Below, piece by piece: positions 53,000 through 64,000 of a stretch of 64,000 bases of DNA. Positions within the stretch are counted from its first letter, which is position 1, and every line of letters begins with the position of its first letter. The notes beneath the pieces were generated by a model. That model was given only the letters and a program-made list of their open reading frames with translations. It was not told where the DNA came from and did not search any database. The position numbers were made by a program, and so were the translations under genes. Source of the DNA: Octopus sinensis (Eukaryota); the NCBI RefSeq assembly GCF_006345805.1, contig NC_043013.1, forward strand, positions 6,634,001-6,698,000, given 5' to 3'.

Positions 53000-53383
53000 G
53001 TGATGATGATGATAGTAAAATACAATAACAAGAGTAATTTTTTTGGAGTAATGTTAATAATAAAAACAACAATAATGAACTTAATAATGATGAGGATTAC
53101 GAAGAAAATAATGGTTTCTATAATGATTAAAAAGAAAATATATATTTATATATAGATGTAATTGTTCCGAAAGATTTATCATCGACTGATGTTAAATGTA
53201 AACAACAAATTCTGTGTGTACACTTAGAGCAAAGCTAAACAGTAAACGGAGCAACCCACAGCATACCACATCCAACAGTACGCCACCGTATTTACACAGC
53301 TATTCAACTATTCACGCAAATGCACATAGTATATGTGTGTATATATATATATATACATACATGCACATATATATATATAATAT

Positions 53384-53416
<33 letters not shown>

Positions 53417-53555
53417 GGATGTGAAAGCATGATTGAATGTGCGTATTTGAGTGTGTGGTTGTCATGCATGCAATCCCCTAAAAGTCGAAATGGATAAATG
53501 TGAAGGGACAGGTGATGTGACAGTCTCACTGAATAAGAGCCATATATTATATATT

Positions 53556-53642
<87 letters not shown>

Positions 53643-53659
53643 TGTTTATATATATAATA

Positions 53660-53706
<47 letters not shown>

Positions 53707-53881
53707 CATGTATATACCTATATCTATGTGTATAAATGTACATATACATTCTGTCTATCTATTTACGTATACATACACACCTACATACACATATAGATAT
53801 ACAAAGCTAGCAAGATAGATCGATAGATAGATGGATGGATAAATGTATGTGCATATGTGTATGTGTGTATGTATATGTATC

Positions 53882-53928
<47 letters not shown>

Positions 53929-54997
53929 TATGTAGATATGTGCATATATATATATATATGTATGTCTGTGTTATATATATATACATTCACACACACGCAC
54001 ACATTTACTCAAGTTCAAATCAGGAGTGAAAGAAAGAGCGAGAGAGACGGAGAGAAAGAGGGAGAGAAAAGGGGAAGATGGAGAGAAGCTGCAAGATGCA
54101 GGGAAGGAGAAAGAGAAGGTGACCGTGTCAGAGACACTGAGAACGCTTTAATTCAAACTCGAAGCAGATTAAAAAGCAGAAATCAATGGGAGCGCGTTCA
54201 ACTGTCGTGGCTGCCATTACTGGGGACATGTTCAACAGGGAACTGTTATATATTTACATATTTACCGTTTTGTCTGTGAAGCGGAACTTAATCAAATTAC
54301 ATAGGCAACGGAAGTGAGTTGATCGTGTTTCAAGTGTCTTCTGCTAAATTAGAAACAATGACATTTTAGGCCGGACAGATATGTATACATACAGATACAC
54401 ACACACACACTCACACATATATATATTTATATTTATATATTCGTATATACATATATTCGTCATTTGGTCATTGCATACACTGACGCACAGATAAAACAGG
54501 TGAACACAGATACAGATGTATATACGCGCCTGTATGTGTATACACACATACATACATACATACATACATACATACATAAGTACATACATATGTATACACG
54601 CACACATCTCTCTCTCGCTCCTCTCTCTCTCCTCTCTCTCTCTTTCTCCCTTTCTGTACACACATATATATATATTTATATATATATATATGGAAAGAGA
54701 GAGGGAGAGAGAGAAAGACAGACAAACAGACAGACAGGTAGAGAGGACAGCATAATCGTCCTTTGATCACTGGAATATTTTAAAAGTACACTCGCAGGTA
54801 AAAATAGATACCTACCTCATATCCATTACAAACACACACACACTCTCTCTCTATCACACACATACTCACACACACACATATATGAGTATGTATATGTGTG
54901 TGTGTGTGTGTATATAATAATACATGTGTATGTCTATGAATGTATATATATTCATATACACAGATGTACTTCCTTTTGACTCTTTTAATCTTTATAT

Positions 54998-55029
<32 letters not shown>

Positions 55030-55033
<4 letters not shown>

Positions 55034-55230
55034 CGCCATGTTGGATCGTTAGCCCCTACACGCAATTTTTTCTCTCTCCTTGTTTTTTTCCGTGTATCTT
55101 TCTGTCGAAGAGCGTAGGCTCGAAACGTAAAAGACTTGTTTTATTTCTATTCCTGAGCGTCATACTAATACATTGTTTGTTTGTACTCCACCCGCCTTCG
55201 TCTTTTGTTTATTTTCGTAACCTTCCCGTT
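55030..55230 (+). mobile_element. ~200-bp Penelope-like tail between (TA)n tracts, with a hammerhead-like motif at 55097-55134
   Basis: TCTTT-CTGTCGA-A-GAGC-gtag-GCTC-GAAACGTA-AAAGA. Confidence 0.5.
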
Positions 55231-55660
55231 ATATATATATATATATATTATATATATATATATATATATAATCTACATATGTATGTCTCCAAAATATATA
55301 ACTATATGCATACATTATTTTTATATCAATGTTTATGAAAATGCATTTCACTTTCAAAATTTAATAAAATCTTGAAACTAAATAAAAATAAATAAATAGA
55401 ATTTAATTTTTCTAATATTGTCTTATTTTGATGTAATGAAATCGCTATCACTAGAAACCGTTTGTTATTTTCACACATTCCAATTTTGAAGCTACTCCCA
55501 ATTTGTGGTCTGTTGCTTGTTTTGTACTTGTCTTCACTCATCCCCGCAAGAAAGCGTCTGTTCGTGTGATGTTCACAGTGTATACTAATGAATCTCCCCA
55601 TTTATTCTACCTGTTTGGTTAAATTTCGTCAAAATAAGCTCTTACATTACTATTACTATT

Positions 55661-56076
55661 TTTACTCTTTTACTTGTTTCAGTCATTTTGACTGTGGCCA
55701 TGCTGGAGCACGCCTTTTAGTCGAGCAAATCGACCCGGGACTTATTTTTTGTAAGCCCAGTACGTTACTTATTCTATCGGTCTCTTTGCCGAACGCGCTA
55801 AGTGACGGGGACGTAAACACAACCCAGCTTCGGTTGTCAAGCAATGCTAGGGGACAAACACACACCAACACACACATATATATATATATATATAATATAT
55901 ATATACATATATACGACAGGCTTCTTTCAGTTTCGCGTCTACAAATCCACTCACAAGGCATTGGTCGGCCCGGGGCTATAGCAGAAGACACTTGCCCAAG
56001 ATGCCACGCAGTGGTACTGAACCCGGAACCATGTGGTTGGTTAGCAAGCTACTTACCACACAGCCACTCCTGCGCC
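55661..56076 (-). mobile_element. SINE family A, full length
   Basis: Match to family A. Confidence 0.9.
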
Positions 56077-56104
56077 TATAGTTTTTTTTTTTTTTTTTTT
56101 TTTG

Positions 56105-57150
56105 GTGGTTCCCATTTTGCTGGAAGTAAACCTCCAAATTATGAAAGTCCTTTACATGACTGCTGCAACAATTTTAGATAGATGGGACGAACCACAATAT
56201 TGTAAAAGAAAATGAATGCTACAGTTAACGATTTTGATGAGAAGCTGCATTATTCTGTAACTCCTTGTATTTCTGTGTAATAAGCTGATTCTCAATAGGT
56301 ATAAATATGGCGGACAATTGGTCCACTTAACTGAAATGTACCTCATCACTCCCAACAATTTTCGCATCTTCTCCACGTCTTGTCAATTGGAAGCACTCCG
56401 TCGGTTACGACGATGAGGGTTCCGGTTGATCCGAATCAACGGAACAGTCTGCTCGTGAAATTAACGTGTAAGTGACTGAGCACTCCACAGACACGTGTAC
56501 CCTTAACGTAGTTCTCGGGGATATTCAGCGTGACACAGAGAGTGACAAGGCCGGCCCTTTGAAATACAGGTACAACAGAAACAGGAAGTAAGAGTGAGAG
56601 AAAGTTGTGGTGAAACAGTACAGCAGGGATCACCACCATCCCCTGCCGGAGCCTCGTGGACCTTTTTTAGGTGTTTTCGCTCAATAAACACAACGCCCGG
56701 TCTGGGAATCGAAACCGCGATCCTATGACCGCGAGTCCGCTGCCCTAACCACTGGGCCATTGCGCCTCCACTCTTGTCAATTACTGCTCGCAGAACTCCA
56801 CCGTTTAGTCAAGATAATCTTCATTGAGAGTCTGCACCAGTCTTGGAATGTTACATTTTTTACAGCAACGCTTCAAAGTGATTTCCAAATTCCTTCCTCC
56901 CGACATGGATGCTGAAACAGTTTGTCTTGAACATCAGCAATGCATTTATAATATCATTTCTTGCTTTGTGGGCTCGTTGACGTTTGTAGTTTTCCGGAAC
57001 GTTTCCAGTAGACATTCAGAAGAGTTCCATCCACTTCGAACTTATCTCTAATTCAAGAAATAGTAAGTCGATTAGGTGAATCGGTTGGGAAACTCCTTCC
57101 TAAAGAGTTTTTCAACTACCTGCGGTTCAAGTTCTAGTAGCACTTTAGGT
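56105..57150 (-). pseudogene. Heavily decayed Tc1/maT-like transposase interrupted by a family C SINE
   Basis: VEKLFRKEFPNR, IRDKFEVDGTL..RSG, PRLVQTLNED, IVGSDEVHF (first D), YFQQNG (second D position). Confidence 0.6.
56389..56771 (-). mobile_element. SINE family C, full length with 11-bp TSD
   Basis: Near-identical to 20340-20725; TSD tcttgtcaatt at 56378-56388 and 56772-56782. Confidence 0.9.
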
Positions 57151-57357
57151 TACAACTTTTGTTGAAAGCTGAGGCTGACATCCGTCAATATTAGAGATTA
57201 AATCTAGGAGGAAATAAAAAATTAAGTTAGTTATTAGCTGTGAAAATATATATATATATATACAGGATTTAGACATTCTGTATAAATACATATATGCATA
57301 CAGAAATAGATATATGAATGTATATAAAGATATGTTTATATATACATACGTACATAC

Positions 57358-57405
<48 letters not shown>

Positions 57406-57629
57406 CGCTTTTGGATTTGGTTTGCAAGATTCTTTATATGAGTTCGTGTGTTGAAGCATATTCTGCTGTGTCTGGGGAGAATCATTTTCTTTTTGTGCCT
57501 TATAATTTAACACACTCACCCATAAAATATCCACTTATTTCTTATTTTTATTTCCCCAAATTTTCGTTGCGTTTTGCAGCCTTTTCGATAGTCTTGACTG
57601 TCATACACACACGCACACACACACACACA

Positions 57630-57675
<46 letters not shown>

Positions 57676-58559
57676 GTAAATCTATTATGTATTAAATAAG
57701 CTTCAGTTTGTAAACGAAAACGTATGCGTGTGTATGTGTGTGTGCGCGCACACACGCACACATATGTATATTTACAGATAAAAGATTAATCAATACATAA
57801 TACATTTTTTATTTTTAGTACGAAGGACAGGAAATAGTGCGGTGATTATATTCATTGTTATCAATATAAGCAATATCTCTTATTATTTAATGTTTATCTA
57901 TTAAATTAATATTACATTTTATAGCTTAATCTCGGAATATAATAGCGAGACGTTGCTTCATTGCTGGTACATACCACCCGGGACTTTAACACCCGACACT
58001 GTGGATCATAGCACAGTAACTGTCTTACTGAGCTATGGAACCAACCGATCTATAGCAATAATATCCATCCATACTTAATTTGGAGTATTTCTGAGTCAAT
58101 CGTTTGATTAATGCTATAAATAACACGTATGCTGCATCAAGAGTAGCGTACATCTTCGATTTAGTACCACAGTTTATGAAACAGTCGCCTTAAGAATTAT
58201 ATAAATGTTATGTATAAAATACATTACGCCTTCGATTTCCTTTCATGGCTAAATTGTTACATGCGTGGGCTGTGAAGGAACAATGTTACAGATGTCTAGA
58301 TTATCATCGTCGTCGTCGTTATCATCATCGCATCTTACGTCTCATAGGGCCTGTTAGTGAGTCACTATAGAGTATAAGCGACCGCGATTACCACATCTTC
58401 CTCTGAACATGAGACCAGTCCATCGCTGGTTGAAATGAAGTGTGTTTGTTCAAGACCAAAACGGTTCACCCGATCCGGGAATCGAAACCCCGATGTTGCA
58501 ATCTTGAGTGCAAGAACCTAATCACTAGACTACCTTGCTTCAATATCTTATCTATAAAA

Positions 58560-58990
58560 AGGCGGTGAGCTGGCAGAAACGTTAACATGCTGGGCGAAAT
58601 GCTTAGGGGTATTTCGTCTACCATTACGTTCAGAAATCAAATTTCACCGAGGTTGAATTTGCCTTTCTTCCTTTCGGGGTCGATAAATCAAGTACCAGTT
58701 TCGCACTGGGGTCGATGTAATCGACTTAATCCCTTTGTCTGTCCTTGTTTGTCCCCTCTATGTTTAGTCCCTTGTGGGCAATAAAGAAATAAGAAACGTT
58801 AGCATGCCGGACGAAATGCTTAGTTGTATTTAGTCTACCATTACGTTCTGAGATCAAATTCCGCTGAGGTCGAATTTGCCTTTCTTCCTTTTAGGGTCGA
58901 TAAATTAAGTACCAGTTGCGTATTTGGGTTGATCTAATCCACTGTCCCCCTCCACTCAAAATTTCGGGCCTTGTGCCTAGAGTAAAAAAG
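58560..58990 (+). mobile_element. SINE family B tandem; second unit has an alternative 3' tail
   Basis: Unit 1 ends gccccttgtggg..aaagaaata-type; unit 2 ends aaaatttcgggccttgtgcctagagtaaaaaag. Confidence 0.8.
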
Positions 58991-59191
58991 AATATCTTAT
59001 AAATAAAAATATTTCGAATGAATGAATGAAATGTAAATAGAATGAGTTAGGAGGAAAGATTTATTATATTTATATTACCAGGATCCAGATTCCTGTTTTC
59101 CTATTTTTACGATGCACCGCTTCGTCCAATATCGTAGAATAATGACATCCATCCTGTTCTGTGCACAACTTTTCGGCTTTTGTTAACTTAG

Positions 59192-59434
59192 CGTATCATT
59201 ATGTCAGCATGGTTGCAGTCTTAAAGACAAACAAATAAAATATTCTGAGCGTAGTATTGTCCAAAATTATAGAAATAACAGGAAATATAAGAAAGCCTTA
59301 GCTGCAATAGTAAACAATAAAAATTTAACATTTGACGGACCGTTTCCTAAATTCTTATCCAAACATTGCAAGAGAATCAGACGATTGCCTACTCTAATGG
59401 ATAGTACTGAATATTTACGAATTGTACAGAGCAG
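59192..59434 (+). CDS. Candidate internal exon, 243 nt, unknown protein
   Basis: Acceptor ggcttttgttaacttag, donor CAG|GTAAGA, symmetric phase, open frame VSLCQHGCSLKDKQIKYSERSIVQNYRNNRKYKKALAAIVNNKNLTFDGPFPKFLSKHCKRIRRLPTLMDSTEYLRIVQS. Confidence 0.5.
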
Positions 59435-59831
59435 GTAAGACCTTACCTTCCTCAGCATTTTTGTATTCTAAACGCCTCTTTATTTAATCGCTTATTTTAT
59501 ACACAACTACCTGAATCAGAAGCAATGAAACAATTTTAAATATATACCCACCTATCCACAAGCGTGTATATATACACATATATATATATACATATATGCA
59601 TACATACACGCACACGTACATATATAGAGACAGATATATGATAGACGGATACAAACACAAACACATACAATACATACATACATATGTGTGTGTGGGTATG
59701 TGTGTATATAGCGTCTAAATTGTGATGACGTTTTGGTCGGTAACTGATGAAGGTGAAGTTGTTGACGTACTTCGTGTCTTTTCCATATGTCTCTTTTTCT
59801 TATTCCTGTGCCAGTTTACTATTATATATAT

Positions 59832-60011
59832 ATATTGTTATATTTCGGAATGGTCATATTGCCAGTTTAGCCAATAAAAACACACGCACTATATATGTGG
59901 TGCTATTATATAAAAAATAAATAACACTGAAGCAAAATAACACCAAATATATAGTGCGTGTGTTTTTATTGGCTAAACTGGCAATATGACCATTCCGAAA
60001 TATAACAATAT
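59832..60011. mobile_element. Head-to-head fold-back of the same tail family as 16371-16740
   Basis: 65-bp perfect arms (59832-59896 and 59947-60011), extending imperfectly by about 11 bp. Confidence 0.8.
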
Positions 60012-60811
60012 CTGTTTCAACACACGACTTCACATAAAAATTCTTGCACAACAAATATTTAAACGTATATATATATATATATATTGTAAGAATGATGAAT
60101 AAAAGCATAGAAATAAAAAAGAAATACACACAAGGAACGAGTTTTAATAAATGTTCATTAGTTTAACGATTAAATCGAGGATGGAATAGAGTTAACGCTT
60201 CGAATGTTGGTCCTTCATCAAACGAAAACTACGAGAGGCGCAAAAAAAGAGGAAAAGTATTTGAGAAGGATAAAATCGGGTAGGGGCTTAAGATGTAGAT
60301 TGCAAATATAGGTGTCTATTTGTGCATAAAGGGGACTAGTAGATTTATGAAAGTCATGTATTCAAACACTAGATTTCTCACCCATGGGAGTATGAGTTTC
60401 CTTATTCATCAGCCATATGTCAACGTTTTGACAAATAGGATATGTTCAGGTAATAAAACTGTGTAATATAAGACCAAAAATTCACATAAAATATCTCAGT
60501 AAAGAAGACTAGATATTTTAAGACACCAGCCTTAGTAAGGCAACGCTAGCAATAACACAATGATCAAACGGCGAAGACTGGCGTAAATCGATAAGTTAAA
60601 GACCTTATATTAACAAATATTGAGATTTAGTAAACGTAAGTTGTGTTTAAACATTTCATTAACTATCTCTGTGTTATTAGATTACAGAATAACAATAAGA
60701 GCAGAAACATTAACAATAACATCAACGACAACAACACCAACAACAGCAACAATAATAATAATAATAATAATAATAAATAATAATAAAATAATAGTAATAA
60801 TAACAATAAAA

Positions 60812-60842
<31 letters not shown>

Positions 60843-61004
60843 GTAATAATAATAATAATAATAACACAACAACAATAATAATAATAATAATAATATAATA
60901 ATAATATATAATAATAATATAATAATAATAATAAAATAATAATAATAATAATAATAATAATATAATAATAGCAATAATAATAATATAATAATAATAATAA
61001 ACTA

Positions 61005-61105
<101 letters not shown>

Positions 61106-61656
61106 TAATAATAATAATAATAATAGTAATAATAATAATAATAATAATAGCAATAATAATAATAATAATAATAGCAGAAACACAAACTGCTACAAAATTA
61201 ACTTAATATGGCGACTGTCAGTAGCTTGTTTTATGTGAACGTTACCTTCATCCGTGGGTGTTAATGTGAGAAAAATAACGTAACAATACTTTGAAAGTCA
61301 GGATTTTCACAATAGCGTTGGGCCGCATACATACAAAGACATAGCGATGTATGAATACATACACAAATACATACACACACACACATGCATGCGCACAACA
61401 GCACACAACTATGCTTTCATCAATTCATGTATATATATATATGGGTGTATGTGTGTGTGTGTGTGTGCGCGACCACAACAACAGACACACACACACATAT
61501 ATATATATATATACATGAGATAAAGATAGATTTTATTAGAAATTATTCAATATTTACTGAAACACATACATATTTAAGCATATATATATATATAATATAT
61601 AATATATATATATATATATATATAAAAAAACACACACTAGGAGTATCATAAGACAG

Positions 61657-61687
<31 letters not shown>

Positions 61688-61955
61688 CATTCACACATCC
61701 ATACATAGTTACACACATATAGCATATGCATGCCTTATGCATGTATATAATATAACTATAAATATAATATATATAGTAGTATGATATATGATAATATATA
61801 TATATTATATATATATATATTATATATATATATGCATATATATATATGCATACATAACCATTTGTATAGAAATGCGTAAATATATATATATGCACATATA
61901 TACCCATGTGTATACAAATGTATATATATATGTATGTATATTTATATATATGCAC

Positions 61956-62004
<49 letters not shown>

Positions 62005-62461
62005 GTTACATATACGCATGTATGGTCTGTGTGTGAGTGTGTGTGATTGTGTGCGTGTGTGCGTTGTGTGTGTGATTGTGTGTGTGCACGCGCATGGGTG
62101 TGAGAGTGTGTGAGTGCGCGCTCGCACGTGAAAGAGATAAGCGTTTCCCCGCTAGGGTATGTGTATACACTATTCAGTCTCAAAGTCAATAAGCTGAGGC
62201 GGATGGTAGAATTTATGGTATTACGCAAAACAGCTGGTCTCACCTCGGCGAAACGATCACTTTATGAATGTATCCATGTATGTATGCATGTAGGTATGCA
62301 TGTATGCATGCATGCATGTGTGCTTGTATGTATGTATTTCCTTATCTATGGATTTATGGTTTGGTGTGCATAGATATGAACGCACTCGTGCCTTCATATA
62401 TGCATACCACATTCTGAGATGCTTCATATATATACTTATATTCATACATATATGGTTTATA

Positions 62462-62495
<34 letters not shown>

Positions 62496-62653
62496 CAAAT
62501 ATATGTACATATGTATATTTTGTTTGTATATATATATATATGTATATATATATATTTTGTATATGTATATATATATATATATATATATTACATATATATA
62601 TTACATATATATATATATATATATTTACTATATATTACATATATATATAATAT

Positions 62654-62740
<87 letters not shown>

Positions 62741-62742
<2 letters not shown>

Positions 62743-62909
62743 GCAGGAGTGGCTGTGTGGTAAGTAGCTTGCTAACCACCCACATGGTTCCGGGTTCATT
62801 CCCACTGCGTGGCACCTTGGGCAGGTGTCTTCTGCTATAGCCTCGGGCCGACCAAAGCCTTGTGAGTGGATTTGATAGACGGAAACTGAAAAAGTCTATC
62901 GTATATATG

Positions 62910-62942
<33 letters not shown>

Positions 62943-63126
62943 GTTTGTGTGTCTGTGTTTGTCCATCTAGCATTGCTTGATAACCGATGCTGGTGTGTTT
63001 ACGTCCCCGTCACTTAGCGGTTCGGCAAAATAATATGTCCCGGGGTCGATTTGCTCGACCAAAGGCGGTGCTCCAGCATGGCCGCAGTCAAATGACTGAA
63101 ACAAGTAAAAGAGAGAGAGTAAAGAG
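62741..63126 (+). mobile_element. SINE family A, full length
   Basis: Match to family A. Confidence 0.9.
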
Positions 63127-63155
63127 TATATATACATAACTTTTCCTCTCACACC

Positions 63156-63210
63156 GTCTCCGATGAAGGGATATTATTATTAATTAATATCCCAGAAACA
63201 ACTGTAAGAC
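63156..63210 (+). ncRNA. Minimal type I hammerhead-like motif (U4C core variant)
   Basis: GTCT-CCGATGA-A-GGGATATT-loop-AATATCCC-A-GAAAC-aact-GTA-AGAC. Confidence 0.5.
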
Positions 63211-63241
63211 CTTCTATGCTCTAATATCTATACAGCCTTGG

Positions 63242-63450
63242 TTTTTTTTTATCTCATTACACAAAAAATTCATATATATATAAATACAGATATACATACA
63301 TATGCACACACGCATATATTTATATATACACGCGTTTGTGTGTATGTGTGTGTGCTTGTGTCTATATATAAACATATGCGTGTGTGCATATGTATGTATA
63401 TGTGTATTTATATATATATGAATTTTTTTGTGTAATGAGATGAAAAAAAA

Positions 63451-63451
<1 letters not shown>
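63242..63451. repeat. Fold-back with arms of about 88 bp and a spacer of about 34 bp
   Basis: atctcattacacaaaaaattcatatat...gcacacacgcata and its reverse complement. Confidence 0.85.
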
Positions 63452-63484
<33 letters not shown>

Positions 63485-64000
63485 ACCATTGAGGGTAAAA
63501 TTAATTAGTTATTAATCAATTTTACAAAGTAGTGTTCAGTATGTAAAAGGACCATTTAAGGCGAATTCAAAATATTATATTATATAATTAGGGCTGAGTA
63601 AAGTAAATTACTTTGCCACATACTGAACTTTCTAGAAATAGCAGCCAAAGAGTTTTTTAGCCATTTCCACCACTTTAAGAAAATTTCTCTCAGATAATGT
63701 TTACTCATAAATAACTCACGAAGGTATGGAGGTAAAAACAGAAAAATATCACAAGTACAAAGATCATTTGAGAACGTTAACGTTTCTAGATTAGCCAAAT
63801 AAACTCAGCATTTCTTTCGTCAGCTCAACATTTCTTAATTTGGATTTGGAAGCACTAAAAGGAAGAACATACCCTTCGGCGACGTATCACCTCAGATGAA
63901 CACGCTCAGACTGCCAGTACTAACAAATTCAAAATGCGCAAGCGAAGATTCCTGCTCTCTACCCTTCCACCCACGTGGGTTATCTAGTAAACATATATTT

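Overview
Repeat-saturated eukaryotic window with no complete protein-coding gene. The very high microsatellite load and the tRNA-derived SINE families suggest a coleoid cephalopod, probably Octopus (inference, not tested). A 100-N scaffold gap lies at 30703-30802. Almost all entries in the ORF track are translated microsatellites or antisense frames of transposons. Supported content: three SINE families (about 20 copies); decayed non-LTR retrotransposons (CR1/L2-group, Tx1/L1, R4/Dong-like, HERO-like); a near-intact DD34D mariner, an internally deleted mariner, two decayed Tc1/maT-like fossils, two MITEs and a probable non-autonomous Helitron. Two isolated candidate exons lie on opposite strands. 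The most interesting signal is a set of type I hammerhead-ribozyme-like motifs from at least six unrelated sequence families. One is fully canonical (29764-29813) and one family carries a U3-A8 core covariation. Most sit in short Penelope-like tails next to (TA)n tracts, some of them as head-to-head fold-backs. Several long fold-backs may be assembly artefacts and need raw-read checks. All alignments and folds were done by eye.
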